From contig JARWZU010000061.1 in NCBI GenBank assembly GCA_029866215.1, forward strand, positions 44,337 through 108,336: a stretch of 64,000 bases of DNA. Reading direction: 5' to 3'. This document shows, piece after piece, positions 30,536 to 40,918 of the stretch (position 1 is the first letter of the stretch; each line of letters opens with the position of its first letter). A program made the translations under genes and the position numbers. Origin of the DNA: Akkermansiaceae bacterium. GTDB lineage: Bacteria; Verrucomicrobiota; Verrucomicrobiia; Verrucomicrobiales; Akkermansiaceae. Under the pieces are notes generated by a model. That model was not told where the DNA came from, did not search any database, and saw only the letters and a list, made by a program, of their open reading frames with translations.

Positions 30536-32035
30536 TTATCGGTAGGCATTCTTCCAGTCCCTAAAGGCAGCGCCGAGGAAAGATAACGAATCGGTGGGCG
30601 TAAGCGATTCTTCGGAGAAATTGTACGAATTCATCGCGATTTCCGCCGCCCGCCCGCACACCCAAGCCGCGAGTGACGCTGCCCCGATGCTTGAACCTCC
30701 GCTCGCGAGGAGTGCGCCGATCACACCCGCGAGGAGATCCCCTTGACCGCCTGTTGCCATCGCTGGCGTTCCCGTGGGGTTAGACCACAGTGGTTGCCCT
30801 TGGCACGTGATGATCGATCGGCACCCTTTCAGCAAAAGCGTAGCTGGGGTCCGCTCAGCGAAGCGGCGCGCGGCTTCTTCTCGCGTAAAATCACTGAGGT
30901 CAGGCGCCAGCCTCGCGAACTCGCCCGGATGCGGAGTGAGCAGGTGATGTGCAGAGAAAATCCCAATTCCTAGCGCGGATCTTGCCACCAAATTTAGAGC
31001 ATCCGCATCGACCACCATCGGGCAGGCCGTATGCCCGATCAGCTCCAAGAGCTCACTCGTCCAAACCGAATTCAACTCCCCTAGCCCACAGCCGACCACC
31101 AACGAGTCACAGGGAAGACTCAAAACTTCAAGCGGATGATCCACCCCTCTCACGATAACCTCTGCCGAACATTTTGCAGCGATCAAATGGTGCGCCGCCT
31201 TTGGGACCCACAAGGTTACCAAGCCAGCTCCTCCGCAGATGGCACCTTTCGCCGCGAGCACTGCCGCGCCCGTGTAGCATTCGGAGCCAGCCAAGATCGA
31301 CACACGGCCAGCCATGCCTTTATGGAAATCAAACACCCGATGCCCCCTTCCGAGCGTAAAAACCCTCGGAGAAATCAACGCATGTTTGCTCTGGTTTGGT
31401 GACGTCAAAGGATCTACCTCGACGAGTACCAATGCTCCTGTCGCCGACGCAGCGTGGCCACAGAGAAGTCCAACCTTGGCATTTCCAATCATGAAGGTCA
31501 CATCCGCGATGACGGCGCCCGGTGTCGCAATACCTGAGTCGGGATCAACGCCCGAGGGAACATCCACCGCCGCCACCCGAGCACCCGCATGCTGCCTCAA
31601 CCATTCCATCTCCCCTGCAAACTCAGCAAGCGCCCCCCTCAGAGGCCCATCGCCCCGTAACCCAACCAAACCATCTAACAAAACTAGCGGATCATCCATC
31701 TCTGACAGACACGGCGCGTTGCTCAAGCAAGTGAGTTCCGCCATCTCAGCCATCTTTTTTGCTGTCAACGGGACCAACTCATCAGTGGAAAAGGCATTCC
31801 TAGCATAAATTTTCCAACCAAACCGATCGCGAAGCACTCTGAGTGCAACCAAGGTATGCCCCGCATTGTGTCCTTTGCCAAGGTAGCCAATTGCAGTTCC
31901 TGGAATTGGAAAATGACGACCGATCGCCACACCCAGTGCATGCCCTGCGGCATCGAGAAGTTCTTCTTCCGAATGGCCAGCGTGAATGGCTGCCAACTCG
32001 TGCGACCGCATCTCCGCAACCGTCACTGCAGTCAT
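30536..32035 (-). CDS. nnr: Bifunctional NAD(P)HX epimerase/dehydratase
   Basis: YjeF_N domain (GKGHNAG, AVDVPSG) fused to YjeF_C domain (KGMAGRV, DADAL, LTPHPGEF, LLKG, ATGGQGDLLAG). Confidence 0.92.
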   Translation of the reverse strand: MTAVTVAEMRSHELAAIHAGHSEEELLDAAGHALGVAIGRHFPIPGTAIGYLGKGHNAGHTLVALRVLRDRFGWKIYARNAFSTDELVPLTAKKMAEMAELTCLSNAPCLSEMDDPLVLLDGLVGLRGDGPLRGALAEFAGEMEWLRQHAGARVAAVDVPSGVDPDSGIATPGAVIADVTFMIGNAKVGLLCGHAASATGALVLVEVDPLTSPNQSKHALISPRVFTLGRGHRVFDFHKGMAGRVSILAGSECYTGAAVLAAKGAICGGAGLVTLWVPKAAHHLIAAKCSAEVIVRGVDHPLEVLSLPCDSLVVGCGLGELNSVWTSELLELIGHTACPMVVDADALNLVARSALGIGIFSAHHLLTPHPGEFARLAPDLSDFTREEAARRFAERTPATLLLKGCRSIITCQGQPLWSNPTGTPAMATGGQGDLLAGVIGALLASGGSSIGAASLAAWVCGRAAEIAMNSYNFSEESLTPTDSLSFLGAAFRDWKNAYR

Positions 32036-32076
32036 GCTTCGACTCTACCCGATCTGGGCTCAATTGCCATCCGAAA

Positions 32077-32679
32077 TCAATAACCCCTGCGATAACGCTG
32101 GATCCCTGCCACCACTCCATCCGCAATCAGTTCACGAAACCATCCAGACTTCATGCGATTGCGCTCGGGGCCGTTGCTTACAAAACCGCCCTCGACAAGA
32201 ATCGCAGGAAGCGTTGAATTCCGAATCACGTAAAACCGAGCATATTTCGCCTTACGATCCACGCTGTGAGTCCGACGGATCAGGCTATCTTGGACCAATT
32301 CCGCAAGTTTCTTGCCCTCTGACCCATAATAGAATGTCTCCAGCCCGCTCACATCTTGCTTCGGGGTGTAGTTGTAGTGCAGGCTTACAAAAATCGCATT
32401 TCTGTAGCGCTTCCCCATCGCAACCCTCTGAGGCAGCGAAACAAAATAGTCACTCCGCCGAGTCATGACCGTCTGATAACCGAGATTCCTCAGCTTCATT
32501 TCAAGGCGCGCTGCAGTATCAAGGGCAAGATGCTTTTCATAAACCCGGCCCCACTGACCGCCAACGTCCTGCCCACCGTGCCCCGCATCAATCACCACCG
32601 TCCGAAAACTCGCCGCCTCCGCCAGACCGCCAAGCAGGCACAGCAAAGGCAAGAGGAACAGTGAAATGGATGACTTCAT
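32077..32679 (-). CDS. N-acetylmuramoyl-L-alanine amidase (Amidase_3)
   Basis: VVIDAGHGGQD, EK, FVSLHYN, ILVEGGFVSN; signal peptide; start 32679 inferred. Confidence 0.92.
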   Translation of the reverse strand: MKSSISLFLLPLLCLLGGLAEAASFRTVVIDAGHGGQDVGGQWGRVYEKHLALDTAARLEMKLRNLGYQTVMTRRSDYFVSLPQRVAMGKRYRNAIFVSLHYNYTPKQDVSGLETFYYGSEGKKLAELVQDSLIRRTHSVDRKAKYARFYVIRNSTLPAILVEGGFVSNGPERNRMKSGWFRELIADGVVAGIQRYRRGY

Positions 32680-32767
32680 GAAGACGCGACTTTTGAAAAC
32701 AACTGAACCTAAGCAATTACTCAAGTTTTGTAAAGCAAATTTCCCACTCTGAATTGGCGCCGGGGCA

Positions 32768-33631
32768 TCAGTATGTTACGGATGGTCGGTCCGAGGCCTT
32801 GCGGATCTTGGCCTTGGCTTCAGCCGCCGCCTTTGGGTCATAAGGAACGCTATTCGCAACACTAACGGTTCCGTCACCGAAAGTCATGAGTTGCGGATCG
32901 CCCACTGTGCCCCGCTGATGCAACTGGCGGTCGCCAAGCTTCCCATCCGTGTCAATCTGACAATGCACCCACATCGATGGCGTGGCGAGGAACATAACGT
33001 GCAAACGCTGCGCACGATCGACCGTCACGATCGGCTTCCGCAGCATCAAAACGTCGCCTAGCAAGAACGTACGAATCATCTGCCCCGTGCGACAATCCAT
33101 GATCTGCGCATAGATTTGAGTCTTGTTATCTCCGCTAAAATTCAAGATCCGGAACTCGCGACTCTCGCCCGGCCGATTTGGAATTCCGACCTTTTGCGCC
33201 CAGTATGGCAGGCCCGGACTTTGGCTGAATAAAACCCGATTGGTGGAAGTGCTATCACCCGAGTTGCCGGGCATGTGGACCACCGCGACCACCGAAAAAT
33301 TCCCAGGCTCACTCAGCTGAAAATGCTGGGAAAGATCGACCTGTCGCGACAAGGACTCTCCCGCACGGATGGTCACCTTCCCAAAAGACCCATTTCCACG
33401 TTGCATGACGTCATCTCCATGGCTGTCCTTTAAAATTAAATCAAGCCACTGGGTGCGACCATCGCTGAAGAAAACCAGTTCTTTACCCGCATGATTGGTG
33501 ATGGTGACCACCGCGGTCACCGGCTCCCCTGCCAAATAGTTCTTTTTCGAAAGCTTGAGCGACGCCGCGAGCTGCGCTTCGGCCAGCCCAGCCAGCGCGA
33601 GGAAAAAAATGCATACATTCCTGAAAATCAT
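32768..33631 (-). CDS. Exported beta-rich hypothetical protein
   Basis: Signal peptide ending AEA-Q; Ig-like N-terminal pattern (YLAGEPVTAVVTITN); coding-like composition. Confidence 0.7.
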   Translation of the reverse strand: MIFRNVCIFFLALAGLAEAQLAASLKLSKKNYLAGEPVTAVVTITNHAGKELVFFSDGRTQWLDLILKDSHGDDVMQRGNGSFGKVTIRAGESLSRQVDLSQHFQLSEPGNFSVVAVVHMPGNSGDSTSTNRVLFSQSPGLPYWAQKVGIPNRPGESREFRILNFSGDNKTQIYAQIMDCRTGQMIRTFLLGDVLMLRKPIVTVDRAQRLHVMFLATPSMWVHCQIDTDGKLGDRQLHQRGTVGDPQLMTFGDGTVSVANSVPYDPKAAAEAKAKIRKASDRPSVTY

Positions 33632-33761
33632 CACCCGCAAGACTTAGCGTGCACCACAGGACACGTCAATCTATCCGACCACCAATTGCCAATTCCATGC
33701 AACAACCTCCCATGGCATCAACTCTCGCTCCAAGCACCAAAATCGACCCGCAGGGTAGACC

Positions 33762-34373
33762 TCAAGCGAAGCGCCGCGCATCCTTAAGATCCGCATGAAT
33801 AAAGTGCCCCCAGCTTTCATCCGCAAGGCCAGTCTCTTGGAGACCGAATAACGGGCGCCAGCGCGGGGCGAGCGGCTTGTTCTGAGGTTGCATGTTGGCC
33901 TCGTGCGGCAACTTGTTGCCCTTTCGGGTATTACAGCGGAAACACGAGGTGACAATATTCTCCCAAGTCGTGCGTCCACCTTTGTCTCGCGGGGTGACAT
34001 GATCCAGATTCAGCTGGGTCTCAGGCAAAATCTTGGTGCAGTACTGGCAGGTGAATTTGTCCCTCAGGAACACATTCCGACGACTAAATTTCACTTCCAA
34101 CCGCGGCATTCGATCATAAACCGACAAAACCACAATCTTCGGAACACGGATCATGATTCGAGCTCCGCGAATCATCTCAGCGTCTTTACTCTCAAATGAA
34201 TAAGCGATCCACGATCCCAAGTCGTGGGTACTAAACCGCTCATCACCTTCAACTTGAACCACTTGCGCGTGACCAAGACAAAGCAAATGCAACGATCGTC
34301 GCACCGAACACGTATGAATCGGCTGCCAAAACCGATTCAGTACCAGCACGGGATGTTCGAGGACTTCGCTCAT
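33762..34373 (-). CDS. Stand-alone HNH endonuclease (McrA-like)
   Basis: VLVLN N-terminus, RRNVFLRDKFTCQYC, LDHVTPRDKGG, WENIVTSCFRCNTRKGN. Confidence 0.92.
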   Translation of the reverse strand: MSEVLEHPVLVLNRFWQPIHTCSVRRSLHLLCLGHAQVVQVEGDERFSTHDLGSWIAYSFESKDAEMIRGARIMIRVPKIVVLSVYDRMPRLEVKFSRRNVFLRDKFTCQYCTKILPETQLNLDHVTPRDKGGRTTWENIVTSCFRCNTRKGNKLPHEANMQPQNKPLAPRWRPLFGLQETGLADESWGHFIHADLKDARRFA

Positions 34374-34688
34374 CAACTTCTCCAAATCAACATCGCGAAC
34401 CTACCAAAGTCATCGCCGTCGGCAACCGAAAAGCCGACGGATCCCATAAATTTCACGAGGTCTGCAAGAAATCCGAGGAGCATGCCGCAAAGTGCGACGT
34501 GCATGCCGTGCTTCGGAGCCTTGGACACGCATTGAAAGCTGATCCTAACACCTAATATGGCAACTTTGTCACAATCGTTGACTTCCAACTTTATGCCAAT
34601 TTTCGGAAGAAATTCTATGTTTTTAAGCCCATGCATCTCACATCAGCCCCCTTCCGCTGGACAGAGATTGTCAAAAACTTGGCTTTTT

Positions 34689-34705
34689 GTAACAGATCCT
34701 TCACA
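34689..34705 (+). promoter_or_regulatory. Candidate Pho box (11-bp-spaced direct repeat)
   Basis: gtaaca-gatcc-ttcaca about 90 bp upstream of the porin-pst operon. Confidence 0.4.
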
Positions 34706-34796
34706 AATCTACCCCTCAAGTGTCGGATTCGTCACATTAGCAAGCGTGTGCTCGACGCCATCACCACGGTTTAGTCCCTTAACTATAATCTAACCC

Positions 34797-36131
34797 ATGG
34801 CATCCAATCGATCCATCCCGTTCGCCATGCTTGCCACCAGCTTGCTTGGTTGTCTCTCGATTCAGGCACGTACTGACGCCGCTGCCAGCTCCGCAACCGG
34901 CCTACTGGTCGGCAAACTCGTCGGCGAAACGAACTTCGACAGGGCTTGGTCAGCCTTCACCCTCTACAAGGACGAAAGCAATCCGATCCTCCAAGAGTTC
35001 TCTCTTCAAGGGCGCCTGCAAGTCCATTATGCCGACGGAAACTCGGACAACGGCCACTTCGACATCAGAGACTTCAAAGAAGCAAGCAACGCCAACGACC
35101 AAACCGTGTGGGGCGACAACTTCGAAGCACGCCGTGCACGCCTTGGATTCAAATCCAAATGGTATCAAAGCTGGAAGCTCGAAGGCCAGATTGATGCTGA
35201 CACCACCGATGGTGCAAACAAGATTTATCGCAGCATTTACGACCTCTCTCTCACTTATGCCCCAACCGATGCGATGAATGTCACGGTCGGCAAGACCAAG
35301 GTCAAATTTGGCCGCGAACAGGAGATTTCATCCAAAGAAATCCTCCCTTTTGAAAGCAGCCTGATCTCAAACCTGCTATTCCCCGGCGAACTCACCGGAG
35401 TCATGGTCAATGGCAAAGGCATCCAAGACTACTGGACTTACGAACTGGGAGTGTACGGCTCGGACCGAGTGCGCACATTTAGCGGATACAACGAAGGCAC
35501 GGTCACACTGGGCAAAATCGGTTACAATTATTCGAGCCAGTCCAATTTAGATACCGCCCTAGCCTCTGTGCAGTTCATGCACAATTCCGCTCCAGGATTT
35601 AAGGAAACCGACTCTGACAATTTCTACAGCAACTCATCACCCGCATTTACGGATTCGATCGCCCTGACCAACGACATCACCATGGGCCGCTTCGGCCTCA
35701 TCACCGACATCCTCTACGGATTCGGGTACCGGGGGACCGCCGATCAAGCCGGACTGGAGAAATCTCTGAATCAAACAGACGTTTTCGGCATCAGCCTCAT
35801 TCCGTCCTACTTCATCGCCAGCGGACTTCAACTGGTCGGCCAGCTTCAGTGGGCTATCAGTGACAGCGTGCAACCCGCAAGCGGAAGTGACCCTGCCACC
35901 ACCAACTTGGGTCTTCAAAGCCGCTATGAAAAATGGGCACCCAGCGTGATTCCAAACGGGGACAGCTACACATCCGCATACATCGGCCTAAACTATTACC
36001 TATACAGCCATAAGCTGAAGTTCATGAACGGCATTCAATACTCGACCATGGACGGCGGCCTTGCTAAATCGGGCCAGACCGCTTCCTATGACGGCTACAC
36101 ATTCCTCAGCGGTCTCCGATTCTCGTTCTAA
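34797..36131 (+). CDS. OprO/OprP-like phosphate-selective porin
   Basis: Signal peptide, EARRARLGF, alternating beta-strand pattern, terminal Phe; heads the pst operon. Confidence 0.85.
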   Translation: MASNRSIPFAMLATSLLGCLSIQARTDAAASSATGLLVGKLVGETNFDRAWSAFTLYKDESNPILQEFSLQGRLQVHYADGNSDNGHFDIRDFKEASNANDQTVWGDNFEARRARLGFKSKWYQSWKLEGQIDADTTDGANKIYRSIYDLSLTYAPTDAMNVTVGKTKVKFGREQEISSKEILPFESSLISNLLFPGELTGVMVNGKGIQDYWTYELGVYGSDRVRTFSGYNEGTVTLGKIGYNYSSQSNLDTALASVQFMHNSAPGFKETDSDNFYSNSSPAFTDSIALTNDITMGRFGLITDILYGFGYRGTADQAGLEKSLNQTDVFGISLIPSYFIASGLQLVGQLQWAISDSVQPASGSDPATTNLGLQSRYEKWAPSVIPNGDSYTSAYIGLNYYLYSHKLKFMNGIQYSTMDGGLAKSGQTASYDGYTFLSGLRFSF

Positions 36132-36167
36132 CCTGATTTATTGTCTCGAATCCAACCATACCACTAA

Positions 36168-36974
36168 ATGAAAACCATCAGCATATTGCTAACCGCCACC
36201 ATGATCTCCATGGCAGGTGCCCAAACCCTCAGCATCAAAGGCAGCGACACCCTCGGTGCCAAGCTCGTGCCCCAACTTGCCGAAGCCTTCAAAGCCGCTG
36301 GCAACGCCGGCGTGAAGTTTGAAATCGCCGCAGAAGGCTCAACCACCGCCTTCCCCGCTCTTGCCAACGGCACTGCACAAATCGGCATGTCATCCCGCGA
36401 GGTGAAGGACGACGAGCGCACCTTCTGCCGCACCAAGGGCGTCTACATCAAGGAGCACCCGATCTGCTACGACATGCTCTGCGTGATCGTGAACAAGAAT
36501 TCACCACTCGCCAAGCTGACCAAAGACCAAGTCGCAAAAATCTTCACCGGCCAGGTGAAAGACTGGTCAGAAATCGGCGGCGCACCCGGCAAAATCTCGA
36601 TCTACACCCGCAACACATCCTCCGGAACCTACAAGGACTGGCAGAAGCTCGCCATGGGCGGCCGTGATTATCCATCGAGCTCGCTGAAAATGGCTGGAAA
36701 TGAGCAGATCGCCCAGGAAGTCGCTAAAAACAAGAACGGTATCGGCTACGTAGGTCTCGCCTACGCCAAAACCGCAGGTACCAAGACGGTCCTCATCGAT
36801 GGAGTCGAACCGGTGGCCGCAAATGCGAAAAAGTACACCTATGCTCGCCTCTGCTACTTCTACGCTCCTGACAAACCAAGCGCCGAGGCCGAGGCATTCA
36901 TGAAGTATGTCGAGTCCGACGCAGGCCAAGACATCGTCCGCAAGGTCGGTTTCATCCCTGCAAAGGATCTGTAA
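36168..36974 (+). CDS. pstS: Phosphate-binding protein
   Basis: KGSDTL, EGSTTAF, GMSSR, RNTSSGTY, IGYVG. Confidence 0.93.
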   Translation: MKTISILLTATMISMAGAQTLSIKGSDTLGAKLVPQLAEAFKAAGNAGVKFEIAAEGSTTAFPALANGTAQIGMSSREVKDDERTFCRTKGVYIKEHPICYDMLCVIVNKNSPLAKLTKDQVAKIFTGQVKDWSEIGGAPGKISIYTRNTSSGTYKDWQKLAMGGRDYPSSSLKMAGNEQIAQEVAKNKNGIGYVGLAYAKTAGTKTVLIDGVEPVAANAKKYTYARLCYFYAPDKPSAEAEAFMKYVESDAGQDIVRKVGFIPAKDL

Positions 36975-37082
36975 GGTTTCTATCTCGTTTTCGATTGTTG
37001 CAAAATGGGCATCGTTGGCACGTCCGCGGTGCTCATTTTCTTGTCTGATCGCCAAAGTCACCCTACCAAGCACCTAGCCGAA

Positions 37083-38990
37083 ATGCCGCACGAAGATCCT
37101 CACCCCCCTGAACCCGTACACCGTTTTCAAAAACAGGGCTTCTCGTACGAAAACGCCATCAAGTTTTTCTTCGCGTCGAATGCCGGGCTGACGATCGTGA
37201 TTCTCGCGCTCATCATTATTTTCCTCCTCAAGGAGGGCCTTGGCTTTTTCCCAGGCTACCAGCGTGAATTGGAAGTCTACCGCATCGCCGGTCTTGAATT
37301 TGTCGACATTTCGAGGAAAAACCTCACCGCACACGAACAAATCACCAGCGTTCTCAACCGCACTTACTACGCAGAAATCAACGGCAAATGCGCCCACCAA
37401 ATGCGCCGTAGCCAAGAGGCCAGCGCGCTCTTCAACGCCTACAGCGACCTGACCGCACCGACTCGCGACCTCATCGTTAGCAATTCCCAACCGGACAGCT
37501 CTCCGAGTCCGGAAATGATCGCCAGCCTCAGAACGAACTTCGAGAAACAAAAATCCAAGGCTCTCGCCACCCTCCCACCAACGCCCCACCTCACCCCCGA
37601 GGAACGCCAAGCTCTCATCGAGTCGATCCGCTCCCGCGCATTCGATGCCACCGATGATCCGCCACTGGTCGCGAGCCTAACCACCGAGTTCGCAGAGGCT
37701 CGGGAAAAGCAAGTCAAGCCTCTCGAAGCCTTACGAACGACGATTGACACCTTCGAATCAGCCGGCTCGGAGCTCAGTTCGCTCGTTTCAGAATTGACCG
37801 AATCCGTTACCGCAACCAAAGAAAAGATTCAGGACGCAGACATCCTCGAAAAAGACCGCAAAACTCTACTCGCAGCGGCATCGAGTGCAGAGGATCCCAT
37901 CGAACGCGAAAAACTAGTCTCCGAAGCTCAAGCCTCACTCGCCCAAAAACCCGACATCGAGGGTCCGATCCGTATTCTAATGGAACGCCGCCCCGCATGC
38001 ATCGCGGCACACCAGTCACTGAAGAATGCCGCAGCCACCGTCAGCTCCCAACTCCCAAACACCCTCACCCAGCCCGAGGCCTCTCGCCTCCTCAAAGTTG
38101 CTCACAACCTCTGGCCACTCTTCCTCGCAGATCTTGAAAAAACCCCGCAGAAGATCACCGACTGGAACCACTTAAAACCCGTCGCACTGTCGACGGCGAT
38201 CTCATCTTTCATCACTGGAAAAGACTGGGTCACCGGCGGGGAATGGCAGGACTTCTATGGCATCCTTCCACTCGCAGCAGGCTCACTCATGATCTCAATC
38301 GTCGCACTGACCCTCGCCATCCCGAGCGGCATCGGCGCTGCAATCTACGTGAACCAATTCGCATCCAAGCGCGAGCAATCGCTGATCAAGCCCGTCATCG
38401 AGTTCATCCAAGCCATCCCCTCGGTCGTGCTCGGGTTTATCGGAATCCTCATCTTCGGCACAATTCTGCGCGACCTCTCGCTCATGGATTCACTCAGTTG
38501 GATCCCAGGCTTCCCGATCGAGGAACGCCTCAATATCTTTACTGCCGGCTGCCTGCTCGCACTCATGAGCATTCCAACGATTTTCTCGTTAGCCGAGGAC
38601 GCGATCAATAACGTGCCCTCCGCCTATGCCGAAGCGGCTGAAGCCCTCGGAGCCTCACGAGTCCAGACGACCTTCCGCGTGATCATCCCCGCTGCGTTTT
38701 CTGGTATCCTTGCCGCCGTGCTGTTAGGCTTCGGCCGCGTAATTGGCGAAACCATGGTGGTCTTGCTGGTCGCTGGAAACCGCATCAAAATCCCAGACTT
38801 CACCAGCGGACTCGGAACGTTTTTCCAACCTTGCCACACACTCACGGGCATCATCGCCCAAGAACTCGGTGAGGTTCCGTTGGGCAGCGTCCACTACCGC
38901 GCCCTTTTTATCGTCGGCATCCTGCTTTTTGCCGTTGTGTTGATCATCAATGCCACGGCCCATCGCTTCGTGAACCGCATGAAGCAATAA
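37083..38990 (+). CDS. pstC: Phosphate ABC permease PstC with a large periplasmic insertion
   Basis: TM1, about 320-aa helical insert, then FYGILPL, AIPSVVLG, GFGRVIGETMVV, TLTGIIA; ATG 37083 inferred. Confidence 0.9.
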   Translation: MPHEDPHPPEPVHRFQKQGFSYENAIKFFFASNAGLTIVILALIIIFLLKEGLGFFPGYQRELEVYRIAGLEFVDISRKNLTAHEQITSVLNRTYYAEINGKCAHQMRRSQEASALFNAYSDLTAPTRDLIVSNSQPDSSPSPEMIASLRTNFEKQKSKALATLPPTPHLTPEERQALIESIRSRAFDATDDPPLVASLTTEFAEAREKQVKPLEALRTTIDTFESAGSELSSLVSELTESVTATKEKIQDADILEKDRKTLLAAASSAEDPIEREKLVSEAQASLAQKPDIEGPIRILMERRPACIAAHQSLKNAAATVSSQLPNTLTQPEASRLLKVAHNLWPLFLADLEKTPQKITDWNHLKPVALSTAISSFITGKDWVTGGEWQDFYGILPLAAGSLMISIVALTLAIPSGIGAAIYVNQFASKREQSLIKPVIEFIQAIPSVVLGFIGILIFGTILRDLSLMDSLSWIPGFPIEERLNIFTAGCLLALMSIPTIFSLAEDAINNVPSAYAEAAEALGASRVQTTFRVIIPAAFSGILAAVLLGFGRVIGETMVVLLVAGNRIKIPDFTSGLGTFFQPCHTLTGIIAQELGEVPLGSVHYRALFIVGILLFAVVLIINATAHRFVNRMKQ

Positions 38991-39002
38991 CCTCACAAAC
39001 TG

Positions 39003-40130
39003 ATGTTTAATCCCGAAACTCTCATTCGCAAAGGCCTCCCCAAGGGGCACTTCAAGGATGTCGCAGCACGCTCGTTCCTCGGTGGAATCACGTACCTGGT
39101 GGTCGCCATCGCAGTCTTGCTATTTGTCAAAATCATCATCGATGGCGCTCCGGTCTTGTTCAAACCTGAAGCACCCTTTGTAGATCTTGATTTTCTAACC
39201 TCGAAAAATGAAACACTGCATGTGTTCGACGACGCGCAGGGAAACCGCCACCAGCTTCCAGCCGCAGCATACAGCCAGTATATCTCGCAACACGGGAGCG
39301 CCACACTATTCAACGAGCAGACTTACTCCTACTCTGGCGGCGGCATCGCTGGCCCCATCGCTGGTACAGCCCTACTCACGATTGGCTCGATGATCCTTGC
39401 CCTGTTCTTCGGGGTAAGCGCAGCAATCTATCTATCAGAATACGCAAAACAAAGCCCATTCATCCATGCCATCCGCTTGGCAATCCTCAACCTCGCAGGG
39501 ATTCCTTCGATCGTCTTCGGACTTTTCGGTTTCTCCGTGTTCGTGCTCGCCGTCCCGGTGATCACTTCAACTCCGTCTGACCGCTCACTGCTGACGATCC
39601 CACTTCTCATCGGCAATTACTTCTTAAGCTTCCAAGGCTGGAACTCATCGCTCATGGCGGGCTGCGCGACACTCGCCTGCATGATCCTGCCCGTGATCAT
39701 CACCGCTTCTGAAGAGTCCTTGCGCGCGGTGCCCCAAGGGTTTCGTGATGCTTCGCTGGCCATGGGTGCCACCCGCTGGCAAACGATTCGCAAATGCGTC
39801 CTGCCATTTTCACTGCCCGGCATTCTCACCTCATCGCTCCTCGCAATCACCCGAGTCGCAGGAGAAACCGCGCCGATCATGTTCACCGCCGCGGTCGCCG
39901 CGAAAGACGACCTGCCATGGCAGGGACTGAAGAGCCCCTTCGACATTCTTTCGTCGCAGGTTCAGGCACTCCCTTACCACATTTACACCCTCGCCGCGCG
40001 CATCCCCAGTTCTGAGTTCACCCAACGCGCTCAGTACGGCTCAGTCTTCGTCTTCCTTCTTCTCGTCGCCTTTCTCTCACTCGGTTCGATGATCCTTCGT
40101 GCGAAACTGAGGTCGAAACTCAAATGGTAA
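39003..40130 (+). CDS. pstA: Phosphate ABC permease
   Basis: [46 protein letters not shown]. Confidence 0.93.
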   Translation: MFNPETLIRKGLPKGHFKDVAARSFLGGITYLVVAIAVLLFVKIIIDGAPVLFKPEAPFVDLDFLTSKNETLHVFDDAQGNRHQLPAAAYSQYISQHGSATLFNEQTYSYSGGGIAGPIAGTALLTIGSMILALFFGVSAAIYLSEYAKQSPFIHAIRLAILNLAGIPSIVFGLFGFSVFVLAVPVITSTPSDRSLLTIPLLIGNYFLSFQGWNSSLMAGCATLACMILPVIITASEESLRAVPQGFRDASLAMGATRWQTIRKCVLPFSLPGILTSSLLAITRVAGETAPIMFTAAVAAKDDLPWQGLKSPFDILSSQVQALPYHIYTLAARIPSSEFTQRAQYGSVFVFLLLVAFLSLGSMILRAKLRSKLKW

Positions 40131-40132
40131 GC

Positions 40133-40891
40133 ATGCAAACCGCGATCCAGATTCAGAATGTTTCCTTCGCCTATGGCGCGAAGCAGGTCCTTCACGACGT
40201 GTGCATGGACATCCCCGCCCGTCAAGTGACTGCCTACATCGGGCCATCCGGTTGCGGGAAATCAACGCTTCTTCGCTGCTTCAACCGGATCAATGACCGC
40301 ATCTCCGGCGCCCATCTCACCGCAGGCTCAATCCGAATCCATGACGTGGATATCAATCGTGCCGACATCGATCTCCAAGAGCTCCGCCGCCGAGTCGGCA
40401 TGGTCTTCCAGAAATACAATCCCTTCGCCAAATCGATTTACGAGAACGTGGCCTTCAGCCTGCGGGTCGCAGGGAAAACGAAACGCGCGGACCTCGACGA
40501 CATCGTCGAGGATGCACTCAAAAATGCGGCTCTCTGGGACGAAGTGAAGGATCGCTTGCACTCCAGCGCTTTCGGACTTTCTGGTGGTCAACAACAGCGC
40601 CTCTGCATCGCGCGGGCGATCGCGAACCAACCCGAAATCCTCCTCATGGATGAACCATGCGCGGCCCTCGACCCACTCGCCACTCTAAAAATCGAGGAGC
40701 TCATCAGTGAGTTGAAAAAGCAATACACCATCATCATCGTGACGCACAACATGGCACAGGCCACCCGATGCTCTGATCTAACGGCCTTCATGTACCTTGG
40801 CAAACTCGTCGAGTTCGGCCCGACGATGCAAATCTTCGAGAACCCTAAAGATCCGCAAACGGAGGCATACGTCACCGGAACCTTCGGCTGA
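40133..40891 (+). CDS. pstB: Phosphate ABC ATPase (copy 1)
   Basis: [41 protein letters not shown]. Confidence 0.95.
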   Translation: MQTAIQIQNVSFAYGAKQVLHDVCMDIPARQVTAYIGPSGCGKSTLLRCFNRINDRISGAHLTAGSIRIHDVDINRADIDLQELRRRVGMVFQKYNPFAKSIYENVAFSLRVAGKTKRADLDDIVEDALKNAALWDEVKDRLHSSAFGLSGGQQQRLCIARAIANQPEILLMDEPCAALDPLATLKIEELISELKKQYTIIIVTHNMAQATRCSDLTAFMYLGKLVEFGPTMQIFENPKDPQTEAYVTGTFG

Positions 40892-40918
40892 TTTAGCTCG
40901 GCACCTCATCTACCAACC

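Noticed and set aside
33762-34520. IscB/HEARO (OMEGA) system
   Set aside because: The protein is 203 aa with no PLMP or RuvC motifs; it is a plain McrA-like HNH
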